Below, one piece after another: positions 25,990 to 36,935 of a DNA stretch of 64,000 bases (positions are counted from its first letter, which is position 1; every line of letters begins with the position of its first letter). Both the position numbers and the translations under genes were made by a program. Location: the NCBI RefSeq assembly GCF_009914755.1, contig NC_060938.1, one strand, 5' to 3'. Under the pieces are notes generated by a model. It was not told the origin of the DNA. It worked only from the letters and a program-made list of their open reading frames with translations, and made no database searches. This stretch comes from the human T2T-CHM13v2.0 reference genome, Homo sapiens.

Positions 25990-26290
25990 GGCCGGGCCCT
26001 GTGGCTCATGCCTGTAATCTCAGCATTTGGGGAGGCTGAGGCTGGTGGATCACTTGAGGTCAGGAGTTCGAGACCAGCCTGGCCAACATGGTAAAACCCT
26101 GTCTCTACTAAAAATACAAAAAAATTGGCCAGGCATGGTGGCTCATGCCTGTAATCCCAGCCACTTGGGAGGCTGAGATGGGAGAATACTTGAACCTGGG
26201 AGGTGGAGGTTGCAGTGAGCCGAGATTGCACCACTGCACACCAGCCTGGGCAACGGATCGAGGCTCCGACTCAAAAAAAATAAAAATAAA
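25990..26290 (+). mobile_element. Alu (nearest Alu on the 3' side of GSC)
   Basis: Full Alu flanked by TTCTCTGGGTGG repeats. Confidence 0.95.
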
Positions 26291-28300
26291 TTCTCTGGGT
26301 GGAATGACATTGCCTGCTCTGCCTTACATTAGAATGTTCCAGATGTCCCTGCAGGCTCATTCCAATGGCACAGAGGACACCATCCAAGAACATCAACTAT
26401 TGGGAAGCAGAGGGTGCAAGCCAGGCAAGGTCCTCCCACCCTGAAATTCTAAGCAGGAGGTACATTAATAGCCATTGCAAAATTCATTTGAAATTAACAT
26501 AAAGGCTTCTTTGCATATTTCTCATAAGAACTGTTAATGAAAACATTTCCAATTATGGTACAAGACTCACTTGGGCAAAGATGATGTCTCCTCTTTATTT
26601 CTTACAAGCTATAGGTTGTTAAAGCATTTAACCTTTCAGAACCTTAATTTCCTCATCTGTAAAATGGTGAAAACATTCCCCTACTCTTAAGAGTTCTTGA
26701 AAGGTAAAATAAGATAATGTATATAAATCCTGAAGTATTGGGTCTGACACAATATAAATCATAATATTAAAAAAAAAAGTTGTGTTGAAGGATTCCCTTA
26801 TGCCAGGTGCCATTCTATGTAAGCTGGGGCCTTTAACGTCCACAGCCACCCTGGGAAACAGACACTATGACCATGCCTATTTTAGTTACGGAAGGCGAGG
26901 GGTCATAGGGGTTAAGTAACTTGCCCAAGGTCACAAAATGAAGTCTGGATAAGAACCAAGGCAATCTCGCCCCCTGAGGCAGACCCGGCCTCCAAAACAC
27001 TGCCTCTCTTTTGTCTAGGGATAGCGCTTATTAAAAAGGCGGTAATGGGTGGTCACTCTTATTTCATAGGTATCATTTTGCCAGCTACCCACCATAGGAG
27101 TCATTTTTACCTTGCAAATCTGCAAGCTGTGAACAAACACACTGCTTCTTCTAAAGTACTGTTACTTTTCACGTGCTGTGTCCCAAAGCCAGGATGCACA
27201 ACCTTTCTCTGGAGGGATCTTGCACCAAATACCCGAGGTAGCCCAAGAGAAAGAACAAATCCCTGCAGCCGGCCGTTGCCGGAAGCCAAGCTGGAAAGCT
27301 CTCTAAGCCTTAGCTTTAAGTCTATAAAATGGTAAACCGAAGAAAGTTGAAAGCCATTCCTGCTGGCCCTTAGTCTCCACTTTCATCCCCACGACGGCCT
27401 GGGAAACCATACAGAGGGCAGGCTCTTGTCTTCATCCCTGGCCCAGGCGCTCATGCGCACCGGGGGCCTTCTCCAATCGTTCATAAACTGCTCACCAGCG
27501 CTCTGGGCGCGTTCCCGGGAGCTCCCTTCTCCGCCCAGCTGGTGCAGAGGAAAGACAGTCTGGGGAAGAAGCAGGAGGTGTCGGTACTGCCACCTAGAAG
27601 TGACCCCACCAGCGGTGCGCTCTTAGACAAGACTGGCCTTGAGTGCATCACGTGCGGCCCTGGTCACTCCAGATGCCCAGGGAGCAGCACCTGGTCCCGG
27701 TCAGCCCTAGGGCGCACAGCTCAGAAATGCCAGAGCAGAAACGCTTGCCCTGGGGGAAGAGGCAACTCGCATGTGGAGCTGGGCAGCTGGAGCATCTGTG
27801 GAAGTTCCAGGAAAGCGCTGGGGGAGGTGGCATGCCCGCTGCCTAATTCCCCCGTGGACCCGCCGCCTTAGGTTTCTCAGAAGCAGGGCTGAGCAGCTTG
27901 GAGCAGTGGGCTCCGTGGGAGCTCCCGGACTCCCCTAGCTCCCACCTCATCAGTGAGGGAAGAAGTGCTCCTTCTGCCCTCGGCAGAGGGGAGTCAGGGA
28001 CCCAGGCTGCCCCTCTCAACTGCAATGGTACCTCCTCCCGGCTCTGGCCCAGCAATGCTACTCTCCAAACCTTCCTAGACATAAGGTTTCCTTTTAAACC
28101 AGGACACCCATGCTGTGACTGTTACCCAGAGCTTCATTTCTTGTTTGTTTGTTTGTTTAGGTAGATCAGAGCTGCTCAATTTTTTCCTCCGGAGGTTACG
28201 GACTACATAGACTTCTTTTCTTGGCTCCAGACTGATGGTGGTGGGTGGGTGGGGCGGGGGGTATGAAATACAGAATGTGGCCCGTCTACATCGCCATCAC

Positions 28301-28306
28301 TTTATT
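28301..28306 (-). terminator. GSC: GSC polyadenylation signal AATAAA (cleavage expected ~28280)
   Basis: TTTATT on the + strand ~250 nt downstream of the stop codon. Confidence 0.85.
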
Positions 28307-28554
28307 GTACTGTCACCCTTAATTTAACTATAAATACTACGGTGGGGGCTAGTCGCGGGCGGCCTCGGGCTGCTGGGCTGTGCGCGCCCTGACCCCAGAC
28401 GCCGACCCTCCCGGCTCTGTACACTATTTACAGCTCCTCGTTCCTCTTTCTCGACCCCCTCCCGCAAGGCAGCGCGTGTGCAAGAAAGTAGCATCGTCTG
28501 TCTGTGCAAGTCCTTCGAGTTAGGTAAGTAATACGGGCAAGTGTCCCGCGGCCG

Positions 28555-28713
28555 TCAGCTGTCCGAGTCCAAATCGCTTTTACCTTCCTCTTCCCTCTTC
28601 TCCGGTGACGCCTTCGACGACGACGTCTTGTTCCACTTCTCCGCGTTCTCCGACTCCTCTGATGAGGACCGCTTCTGCCGCCTCCATTTGGCGCGGCGGT
28701 TCTTAAACCAGAC
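28555..28713 (-). CDS. GSC: Goosecoid coding exon 3 (159 nt; VWFKNRRAKWRRQKRSSSEESENAEKWNKTSSSKASPEKREEEGKSDLDSDS*), recognition helix with K50
   Basis: Acceptor GCAACAG|GTC, TGA at 28557-28555. The three exons total 774 nt, giving 257 aa plus stop. WFKNRR is the K50 signature. Confidence 0.98.
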   Translation of the reverse strand, partial: VWFKNRRAKWRRQKRSSSEESENAEKWNKTSSSKASPEKREEEGKSDLDSDS

Positions 28714-29021
28714 CTGTTGCGCAACGGAGGACAAAACAGTTCAGATCAAAGGCGCGCTTCCCCCAGTCCCGGGGCACCCGGGGAGCTTGGTGTGGCGGCG
28801 GGACACCCCGCGCAGGCCAACAAAAGGAGGGGAGCAGCTCGCTCCCGCTTCCGCGTTTTCATTCAACTTCCTGGGCCTAAAGCGCCCTCCAGCAGCCTGC
28901 GGGCCGCCATCGGGATGTTTTTAAAGTGCGGGGAGAGCCAAGCAGGGCTGGGCAAACCCGACTGGGGCCCCACCTCGCGGGGAAGGACCGCTAGGCGCCC
29001 ACGGCAGGCCCCGGCGCCTAC

Positions 29022-29281
29022 CTCCACTTTCTCCTCGCGGAGGTGCACTTTCCGGGCCAGCTGCTCGCGCGTGCCCACGTCCGGGTACTTGGTCTCCTGG
29101 AAGAGGTTCTCGAGAGCTTCGAGCTGCTCGTCAGTGAAGATGGTGCGGTGCCGCCGCTTCCGCCGACAGTGCAGCTGGTTGAGAAGCTGCAGCTCGGTGC
29201 GCGACAGCGTGCCCACGTTCATGTAGGGCAGCATCTGGTGCGGTACCGGGGACACCAGCACCGAACCGGGGCCCTCGTAGC
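29022..29281 (-). CDS. GSC: Goosecoid coding exon 2 (260 nt; [87 protein letters not shown]), homeodomain helices 1-2
   Basis: Acceptor GTCGCAG|GC with AG at 29283-29282, donor GTGGAG|GTAGG at 29021. The frame joins exon 1 correctly. Confidence 0.98.
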
Positions 29282-29724
29282 CTGCGACAGAGTGGGGCGC
29301 ACGGTCAGCCGCCCGCCCTCGCCACCGCACGCATGCACGCCCGCCAGCCCCCGACCCTCTTCCACTTAGAAGTCGTCTGCAAGGGGATGCTGAGAATTGG
29401 GGGTGCACGGGAATCAGGGGTGCAGGGAAAAGGAGGAGGCGTGTTAGAGCATCCATCCGCACACCCGCCAAAGCCAGTAAGAGAATTCAAAACAAAACAA
29501 AACAAAACAAAACCCAGTTTCCCCGGGCAGGCACTGAATTCCAGTTTTCGCGAACTCTGGCCAAAAGTTTGCAGCAAGAAGTTTGCAAACTCCTGCGCCC
29601 GATCGGCAAAAGCGGAGGGGGGAGTTGCAAGAGGAGCAAAGTTTGAGGAAGGTGAATTAACCAACCGGCTCCATGGGCTAAGGACCGCAGTGGGCGGCAG
29701 AGGCCGGAGCGAGCGCGACCCTAC

Positions 29725-30079
29725 CTGGGGGCGTCGGGACGCAGGAGCACTGCTGGGCGCCCAGCGGCGGCACGGCCCCGCAGCAGGCCGGGCCCACGGG
29801 CGCCGCCTGCACGTGCAGCTGCCCGTAGAAGTAGTTGTTGTAGCCGAGGCGGGAGCCGCTGACCGCGGCCGGGAGGCCCGCGCCGCCGGGGGCCACGGGG
29901 CGCGGGTAGAAGGCGCCATAGTCCGAGGAGGCGCCGCCGCTGGCGCCGTAGAGCGAGTCCCCGTGCAGGGCCGGGAAGACGACGGGAGCCGCCGCGCTGT
30001 GCGCCACCGGCAACACCGAGTCCTTGCAGCGCGGCCGGGCGGCTAGGATGTTGTCGATGCTGAACATGCTGGCGGGCAT
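29725..30079 (-). CDS. GSC: Goosecoid homeobox, coding exon 1 (355 nt; MPASMFSIDNILAARPRCKDS...CVPTPP), contains eh1 Groucho/TLE-binding motif FSIDNIL
   Basis: ATG at 30079. Translation matches the goosecoid N-terminus. The donor CCCCAG|GTAGG follows 29725 (phase 1). Confidence 0.98.
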
Positions 30080-30325
30080 CCCCGAGCCCCGCGTCGGGAC
30101 CGGGGGGCGGCGGGAACGCGCCGAGGACAGAGCCTTAAAGTGGGGGGGTCCACTCTCCTCCAGCCGCCGACCAAACCGAAAGAGAGCGCCGGCGAGCGCG
30201 CAGCCCTGCGCCCCTCCCCGCCCCCTGCGTCCGCTCTCCCTCCTCCCGCCCTCCCCTAGCCGCAGCGTTCGCTGAACTCAACCCGCGGGTAGGACGAAGC
30301 TCAGACCAGCTGAACCTCTTGTTGG

Positions 30326-30332
30326 TTTTATA
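30326..30332 (-). promoter_or_regulatory. GSC: GSC TATA box (TATAAAA); TSS predicted ~30295-30300; adjacent CRE-like TGACGTCG at 30339-30346
   Basis: TTTTATA on the + strand ~250 nt upstream of the ATG. Confidence 0.85.
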
Positions 30333-30486
30333 CTGAGTCGACGTCATCCTGGATTTAGTTCCTGGTAATATGCAGATGACAAACAGAACCAGATTTGGCC
30401 CTTTCTTTTCCTTTGGGTGGGGGAAGAGGGTTGGGGGGAGGGGGAGAGGTGCCAAGGGGAGGGGGTTACAAGGCCTGAAAAGAGAT

Positions 30487-30520
30487 TGTGGATTGCGAAT
30501 TAATGAAATTAACCTAATCT
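30487..30520 (-). promoter_or_regulatory. GSC: GSC promoter proximal element: FOXH1 site (TGTGGATT 30487-30494), P3 palindrome TAATGAAATTA (30501-30511), bicoid/K50-type TAATCT (30515-30520)
   Basis: Motifs read directly. The arrangement fits the established Nodal/FOXH1-responsive and homeodomain-bound goosecoid proximal promoter. Confidence 0.8.
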
Positions 30521-30568
30521 TTTCCATTCGGCAGCCGGGCCGCGGGCCGGCCGAGCTGGGCGGGCGGC

Positions 30569-30595
30569 CTAATTGCCTTGGTTAATCTCATTAAT
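30569..30595 (-). promoter_or_regulatory. GSC: GSC promoter distal (activin/Nodal-responsive) element, ATTAATGAGATTAACCAAGGCAATTAG, with P3 palindrome TAATCTCATTA (30583-30593)
   Basis: Resembles the conserved vertebrate gsc distal element bound by Mix/Mixer-type paired homeodomain-SMAD2 complexes (from recall). Confidence 0.75.
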
Positions 30596-30649
30596 TCCTT
30601 TGTGCCGCCGCAGTTAACAACTCCCTCCGCCCGAGCTCTCCACCCCCAC

Positions 30650-32150
30650 CCTTTTTTCTCAGATTGGGTCCTATTATTGGGTGCGATTTCCTCTGCCTGT
30701 AGCTCAAATTCATTGTGGACGATTTTACTTTGGGGCTACTTTTTTCCCCCTTTCGGAATTGGTTTTGTTTTAGAAAATGTGAGGGGCTGCATCCCCTCTC
30801 AAGCAGGATTGAAAATTCCACCACTCCTCCGCGCCCCCACGTACTCACCGCCTGATTTACCTCTTTTTTAAATCTTGAGTTTCTCTCCCGAATGGAACTT
30901 GTTAACCCCCCCAAAAAACTTTTGGTTTTGTAAAATCCAAATTTTGTAAAGGCAAAAACGACTAAAGGAGGGGTGCATCGTGCTTCTTAAAAAGATTTTT
31001 TTTTCCAGCCACTCTGGGTCTGAAAACTACCATGGCAGTCCCTAGGTCCTACACAGCGAAGACCAAATTCAGCCGCTCTTTAAAATTCGCCACCAAGAGT
31101 TGCAGTCTGAAGCGGTGCTTCTAGCTGCTCCCAGCGTGGGTGTCGGTAGTTTTTGTGCTTTTAAAAAATTAGTTTTGGAAATGTGGTGCCTTCTCTCCCA
31201 AACTATTTTTTTGATTTTCAATCCAGATGGGGTCTTTGGGACTTCCCTATCTTCTTCCCCAATAATTGGGTCGCATTTTTCCTTACGACCTGCTGGCTGC
31301 CGGTAGGCCTGCCCTTCCGCCTGGCAGGCCCAGAGTGGATTCCCTGGGCCGCAGTGGCCTGGACGATGGCCGGGTCTGATAGCGGCAGGCGGCCGCGATG
31401 ATTTGCGGGATTCTCGGCATGGCACGGCCAGCCTGCCCGAGCCACGGGAGGCGCAGCCAGCCCACCACTCACGGCAAGCAGGCGGCCGAGCGCCCTTCGA
31501 GAAGGTAGGCGACGGTACGCGCGGAACAAAAGCAGTCCCCCAGATCCTGTGGACCGGGTGCAAGCTCCCGGCTTGCAACTCAGGCCACTCCAGGGGAAGG
31601 GGCAGTACCCGACCCAGGCGATACCCCCGAGAGCCGGAGAGGGAGATGGGGTTGCGGGAGACCTCGGGTTTCCTGAAGGAAGTCCGCCTTTAACTCACAC
31701 CTATTTTTCGCGATTTCTCTCAGGCTAATTAACCAAGGGACCCCGCAAAGTTGTCTGAAGTCGCCGCCGTAAGGCTAAGTAAGTGGGCTGCCCACTCCCC
31801 GGCTCAGGGGCAAAGGGGAAAGCCCACTTGTCAATTTCTGTTCGGGTTTCAAAGAGCCATTGCACGGAGGTTTAGTCCTGTCCGAGGGCACTACTGTGGC
31901 GGCGCGCAGAAGCGGCCCAGTGGAGCCAGGCGGCGACGTTTCTCCTCCTAGGCCTCCCAGCGTGGACCTCTGTGTCCTCACGGCCACCAGCTTGTGGCCT
32001 GAGAGTTGCTCCTTCCAGTGCTGCGCAAACTAGAGGTGGTTGTAAATGGGGATTAGGACATGACGGAGATGGGTCTCAATTTGGGGAAGTGAATAGAGTT
32101 TTTCTTTTTTTCTTTTTTAACAATAAAAACAAAGAGGGAGTGTGACCCTC
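30650..32150 (+). ncRNA. GSC-DT: Probable 5' region of the divergent lncRNA GSC-DT/DIGIT (exon structure not derivable from sequence)
   Basis: Established knowledge of a divergent endoderm lncRNA at the human GSC promoter. The sequence shows a bidirectional CpG-island promoter and + strand AATAAA at 32122-32127 and 34345-34350. Coordinates are a guess. Confidence 0.4.
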
Positions 32151-32999
32151 CCCTTAGAGAGGTCAGGTCTAGGGTAAGAAGTGAGGCACCTTCCATCTCC
32201 CACTGACTAGGATGAAGTCTTTTTTATTGTTGTTCCGTTCTCAGAGACTTAAGTCACCATGCTCCAGGGCAGATACTCCCCCACCAATCTTTCCCAGGTT
32301 TAAAGCTACAGGGCAGTTGATGGACGACAACTAGAGGCTGCAACTTATCAGTGACTGCCTGCGTTTGTGTTGGAGGCTGGGTGTGCGCTGCGGTGCGCGT
32401 GTGAGTGGATCTTTTAAGACCTTTGTCTGAGCCGGGCAGAGGCACAAGTGCCACCTGACGCTTGGGGCAGATTCCTCGTCCTGTTCTTGCAAAGATGCCA
32501 AATCAGGAGAGTGTCAAGATTTCAACCGCAGACCTAAAAAAAGTGTCTCCATGTTTTTAAAAGTATCAGACAACCACCTCCACACACCCCTCCGTCTCCC
32601 CTTCCACCTGGAACATTGTTCTTTTTAATAACCAGGTTTAGCAAACTGCTATACTGCGCCTGTGCTTTCCTGCAGCCCTCCGCTGTACCAGCTGAGCCCT
32701 GTACAGAATCTGAGCGTCAGAGTTGCAGACCCAACCTTGCCACCTTGCAAATCATCCCTTCTCTGGAGGCCTCAGGATTTTAGTTGATCAAACCAACACC
32801 AACATTCATTGGGTCCCTTTGCAACCCTAACATTTAATGAGACTTGGTAATTGTCATCCGTTCGCCAAGGAGGTTGGGGATGAACTTGGGGGCATTTTCT
32901 TGTTTATTTTTCATTGAGACAAAGGAGTGTGCTGTCCCCACCTCCGCCCCCAGACAAGGACAGGGTTCCTACATCAGCTGGGTCTAAAATAAGGAAAAG

Positions 33000-34300
33000 C
33001 GAGTGCTGCCGCAGAGGGGACTTTCCGGGAAGGGGGTCACAGGAACCCCAAGGCCACACAGCTCCAGACACTCTGCCGGAGCTCTAGGGGAGCTCACCCC
33101 TGCGCGGCGGGACCTCCCCCATCGGGTTGCCCCTTCAATCTGCAGCCGCGCGGAGGCAGGCCCCGGGAAAGGCAGTCGGCGCTCGGTGCTCGCACTGCGC
33201 CTCGGCGGGCGGAAACTCACAAGTGTCCTCAACGTGCTAAACAAACCATCAGGGCCCCGCATCGCCTGGCGCAATTGGAATAACAAATGCGACGCACGCA
33301 AATTGTCCACCTCGTGTTGCTAAGCGATTGTTTGTCGGCCCCGCACGCACAGCTCAGCATGGGAGGACCGCGAGCGTCCAGAGGCAGCCGGCGAGCGCTT
33401 AGGTCGGAAATGCAGTAAACATGCCGCTGATTTTCCCTATTATCACCCAAACACGATTTCACACAAAGCAATCACCACGCAGAAGTCTATGAAAATGTGT
33501 TTGTTGAGGAGTCACTCGCCCCAGTAATAGTCCTCATTTTTAAGATATTAAAGAATAGCTCAGCGGATTCCACATGCATAAGGTCTATTTGCCGTTCGGC
33601 ATCTGTCACGGCGCTTTTGCACTGCGGTCATCACTAAATTGATTCATAGAGTGTAGATTAAATTGCTTCTCTGATTTAAAACAGTGTCCAACTTTGGAGT
33701 ATGCGTGTGAGTATCTTCTCCCGCCCCAAGGTATTTTTGTCAGGGAGAAAACTGTCGCCCCACTATCCTTACACCCCATTCCGCATAACTGTAAAAAAAT
33801 AATGCATCTTCGACCCCAACTTCTTACGGTTCGTTTCAGGAACTTTCTTAATTCTCTCCGTCTCCTGCCCGGCCACAGAGCAGAGTTCACAATCGGATGC
33901 GTTTAAGTCGGATTTTTCGTGTCATGTGCAAAAAGCCGGTGTGTCCTTTTCAAGGTACGGAGCCCTCATCGGAGGGCGCATTAGCGGGGTCAGAGGAATT
34001 AGGAGCAATGCGCAGAGCCCCCTGCAGCCCGCGTGCTGCGCCGAGACCTCAGCCGTCCTCACTGAGCGGAATGGTTGTGTTGTTTGTATTGGGACTTTTA
34101 AAAAATCCAGTCTCAAAGCTAAGTGCTCAAACCCCGTTCCATGGCTCTGCTGCTTTCTGGAGGACATCTCCGGTAGCCCCAGGGGATTGTCCGTGTGAGG
34201 TTGGGTGGGTGGAGTAGAGCCAGAGGCGCAAATGCCTCCTGGCTAAGGGGCAGCGCGCATTAGAGCTGGGTCTCCTGCTTTCGGAGCGGAGGGCGTAAGG
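33000..34300. other. Second CpG-rich segment upstream of GSC
   Basis: Dense CpG at 33000-33480 and 33880-34300 in non-repeat sequence. Confidence 0.7.
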
Positions 34301-34401
34301 GAGCTTTCTAGCTGATTTTTTGCTAGAAGTTTTCCAACGCTCCAAATAAAAGCACCCGATCCCCTAAGGACGAAATAATCAAGGTGTTAGGGAAGCTCAA
34401 C

Positions 34402-34511
34402 AGAAGAGAAGAGACGAGAAGAGAAGAGAAGAGAAGAGAAGAAGGGGCTATCGAAAAATGACGTGTTCCCAAGGCCTTAGAAAAATAAATAAATAAATAA
34501 ATAAATAAATA
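34402..34511 (+). repeat. (GAGAA)n at 34402-34443 and (AAAT)n at 34483-34511
   Basis: Read directly. Confidence 0.9.
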
Positions 34512-35339
34512 GCTTGGACTTTCCGGGGTTGCAGAAATCCGATTTCAGCCGGGCTATTTACCAAAATTTGTTTCAAAATGACTGCACCTTTGCTTTTGCA
34601 AGTCACAGAATGCAAATGACGATAATTTGTTCTCAGAAGAAGTTTCTCTTGAAATGATTAGCAAAGTCAGTCATTTGAAAATTAGAACGAAGCCCTTCGC
34701 TAACTGATATCTGCTTCTAAAGTTTTCATTCATGTAAACCTCATTAATGAAGATCTTTTATTTAAACGTCAAGGGGATTTGAAATTTAGAGTAAATTATG
34801 AAGCTTGTATGTCTAGCCAAGTCATGGGTCAAATGCATTTGTGAAAAACTGCTAAAGAGCATATGGTTTTGAATTTTTCTACAATGACTAGTGTTTAAAT
34901 AAATTGCTTGTACTGCTTAACTTCATGTGTAATTTTGACAGAAATTGGCCTATAGCCTTTTGATATGTAAACATTTCAGCCTTTTATGCGGTATAAAAAA
35001 GACACTTGCTTTTTAGGATCAGCCCAGGCAGTCACCCTGTAATTCAGAAAGCTGGTACCTACCATTACAATCTTGCTAGATTTCAACTTTCAAGTGGCAG
35101 CCTCAGGGGGAGAAAAAAAGAAAAGAAAGAAAGGGGATATTTCAAAAGCAATGTCCATTTGGGATTAAAAGCTACAAATGAGGTGAGAACGTGCCACTTA
35201 CTATCTGAAAGAAATGGATAAACCATAGTTATTAAAGAACATTTCTGTCAGTTTTCTTTAAGCCAGCCCGTCTGAGGGGACACTTAAGCAGGGCTGGGAA
35301 CTGACTAGCATGCCATTAAATGCTTGTCTTAGGGCCGAG

Positions 35340-36060
35340 CTAATCAGTCCAACACACAAATAGGTGTTAAAAATCTAGGTATCATTTCAGGATGTTACCA
35401 GGGAAATCGCTCTGTGTCACAGAACCCATTAAGATGCAAAACTCATCCAGGGCACAGAATGGCTGGACACAAATGGCTCATATGAGCCATGCACGGGGGT
35501 TTTTCTCCGTGGGAACTGCAAAGTCCGTGCAGGGCACAGTTCAGAGCCCTCCCTGGGCTGCCAGGGTTTTTGAAACACATACATACCTGCATAAACCCAT
35601 TTGTTGCTAATATATCCGTCTCCCGTAAATAAGCCAAGGAATGTGGATTGGACTGCGGGTCACCAATGGGGATTCAAAGCGTCCCATAAGGTTGCCCTCC
35701 CAAGTGCGAGACCGGGCCACACGTTGATTTCCTGCGTACTCTGGTGGGGCGAGCGCTGCTCCTTCCCATCTGCTCTCACAGTCTTGCCGTATTTATCCTA
35801 TGTGTCAGTTTTGTCATATACAGACTTTCTGAGAGACGCCACCCCTTTTGTGAAGTTTTGAAGGAACTGGGGAGAAAGAATGCTCACTTGACAAGGGAGA
35901 CCAGTTCCTTTGTAAACAGTTGAGCCGCCTGAGCAAATTGAGATCCTCTTAATTAAAAAGATCATTCTGGGGCGAAATCTAATTAAGAAAAAAAGACACG
36001 CTGAGAAAGACAGAAGGAGGTGTTTTGTTTACATTTCTTATGCATTCCAGCTTATCATAT
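35340..36060. promoter_or_regulatory. Candidate upstream mesendoderm/definitive-endoderm enhancer
   Basis: T-box AGGTGTTAA 35362-35370, FOXH1 TGTGGATT 35642-35649, forkhead TGTAAACA 35911-35918 and TGTTTACA 36026-36033, TTAATTAA 35949-35956, GATA CTTATC 36051-36056, all in repeat-free DNA. Confidence 0.55.
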
Positions 36061-36627
36061 TGGTCAGCAATCTGGGAAGGAAATGACACATTTGATGATG
36101 TAAGAAAAGCAGAAGGCTTTTTTTTTTCTAAGCTTCTACACTTCAGTCTAGCCTTTCAGTACATTTTGAAATGAATAAGGGTACACTTTTCCCCCATTAG
36201 CAGTAGCTTTAAATTTCCTGAAAAAACAATTGATTTGCTAATAAAATAGTTCTGTAGCTTCAGCTGCTTAACTTTGGGAAATGTAGCCCCCAAAAGTGCT
36301 TGTGATCAAAATTAGCTGGACAAGATATATTTTGGGGGGTAAAAGAAGGGCACTTAATACTTAAGAGATAAGTTGGGAGACTGAGGGTTTTTGAGTTTGT
36401 TTTTTAAGGAAGGAACATCACAAAATGAAACTGAATGTTCTGGGAACGCTCACCATGCCTGGGAGACAGTGTTACATGTCTAGAAAGTTGAATATCTGTG
36501 GACCGTGTAATAAGGAGCTTTGTCAGCATCTTCATCTTTTTCAACAAGACTGGATGAAATGGCCATTTGCTGGTACATCATCTCCAGATCTGGAAGTGAA
36601 CTTTATGTCAGGCAGCATTGTTGATAG

Positions 36628-36935
<308 letters not shown>

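Larger units (their letters stand above)
28350..31990. other. CpG island covering the GSC gene body, promoter and upstream region
   Basis: Very GC-rich with abundant CpG compared with CpG-depleted flanks. Boundaries approximate. Confidence 0.9.

Noticed and set aside
28541-30275. Long + strand and alternative-frame ORFs over GSC (e.g. 29333-30046, 237 aa; 28717-29226; 29305-29919)
   Set aside because: Shadow ORFs caused by high GC and stop-codon scarcity. They show no recognisable domains and are low-complexity R/G/A/P-rich.
31069-31693. ORFs of 96-169 aa in the upstream CpG island as micropeptides of the divergent lncRNA
   Set aside because: Several begin at non-ATG codons, show GC-driven composition and have no recognisable homology. 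Ribo-seq or PhyloCSF support would be needed.
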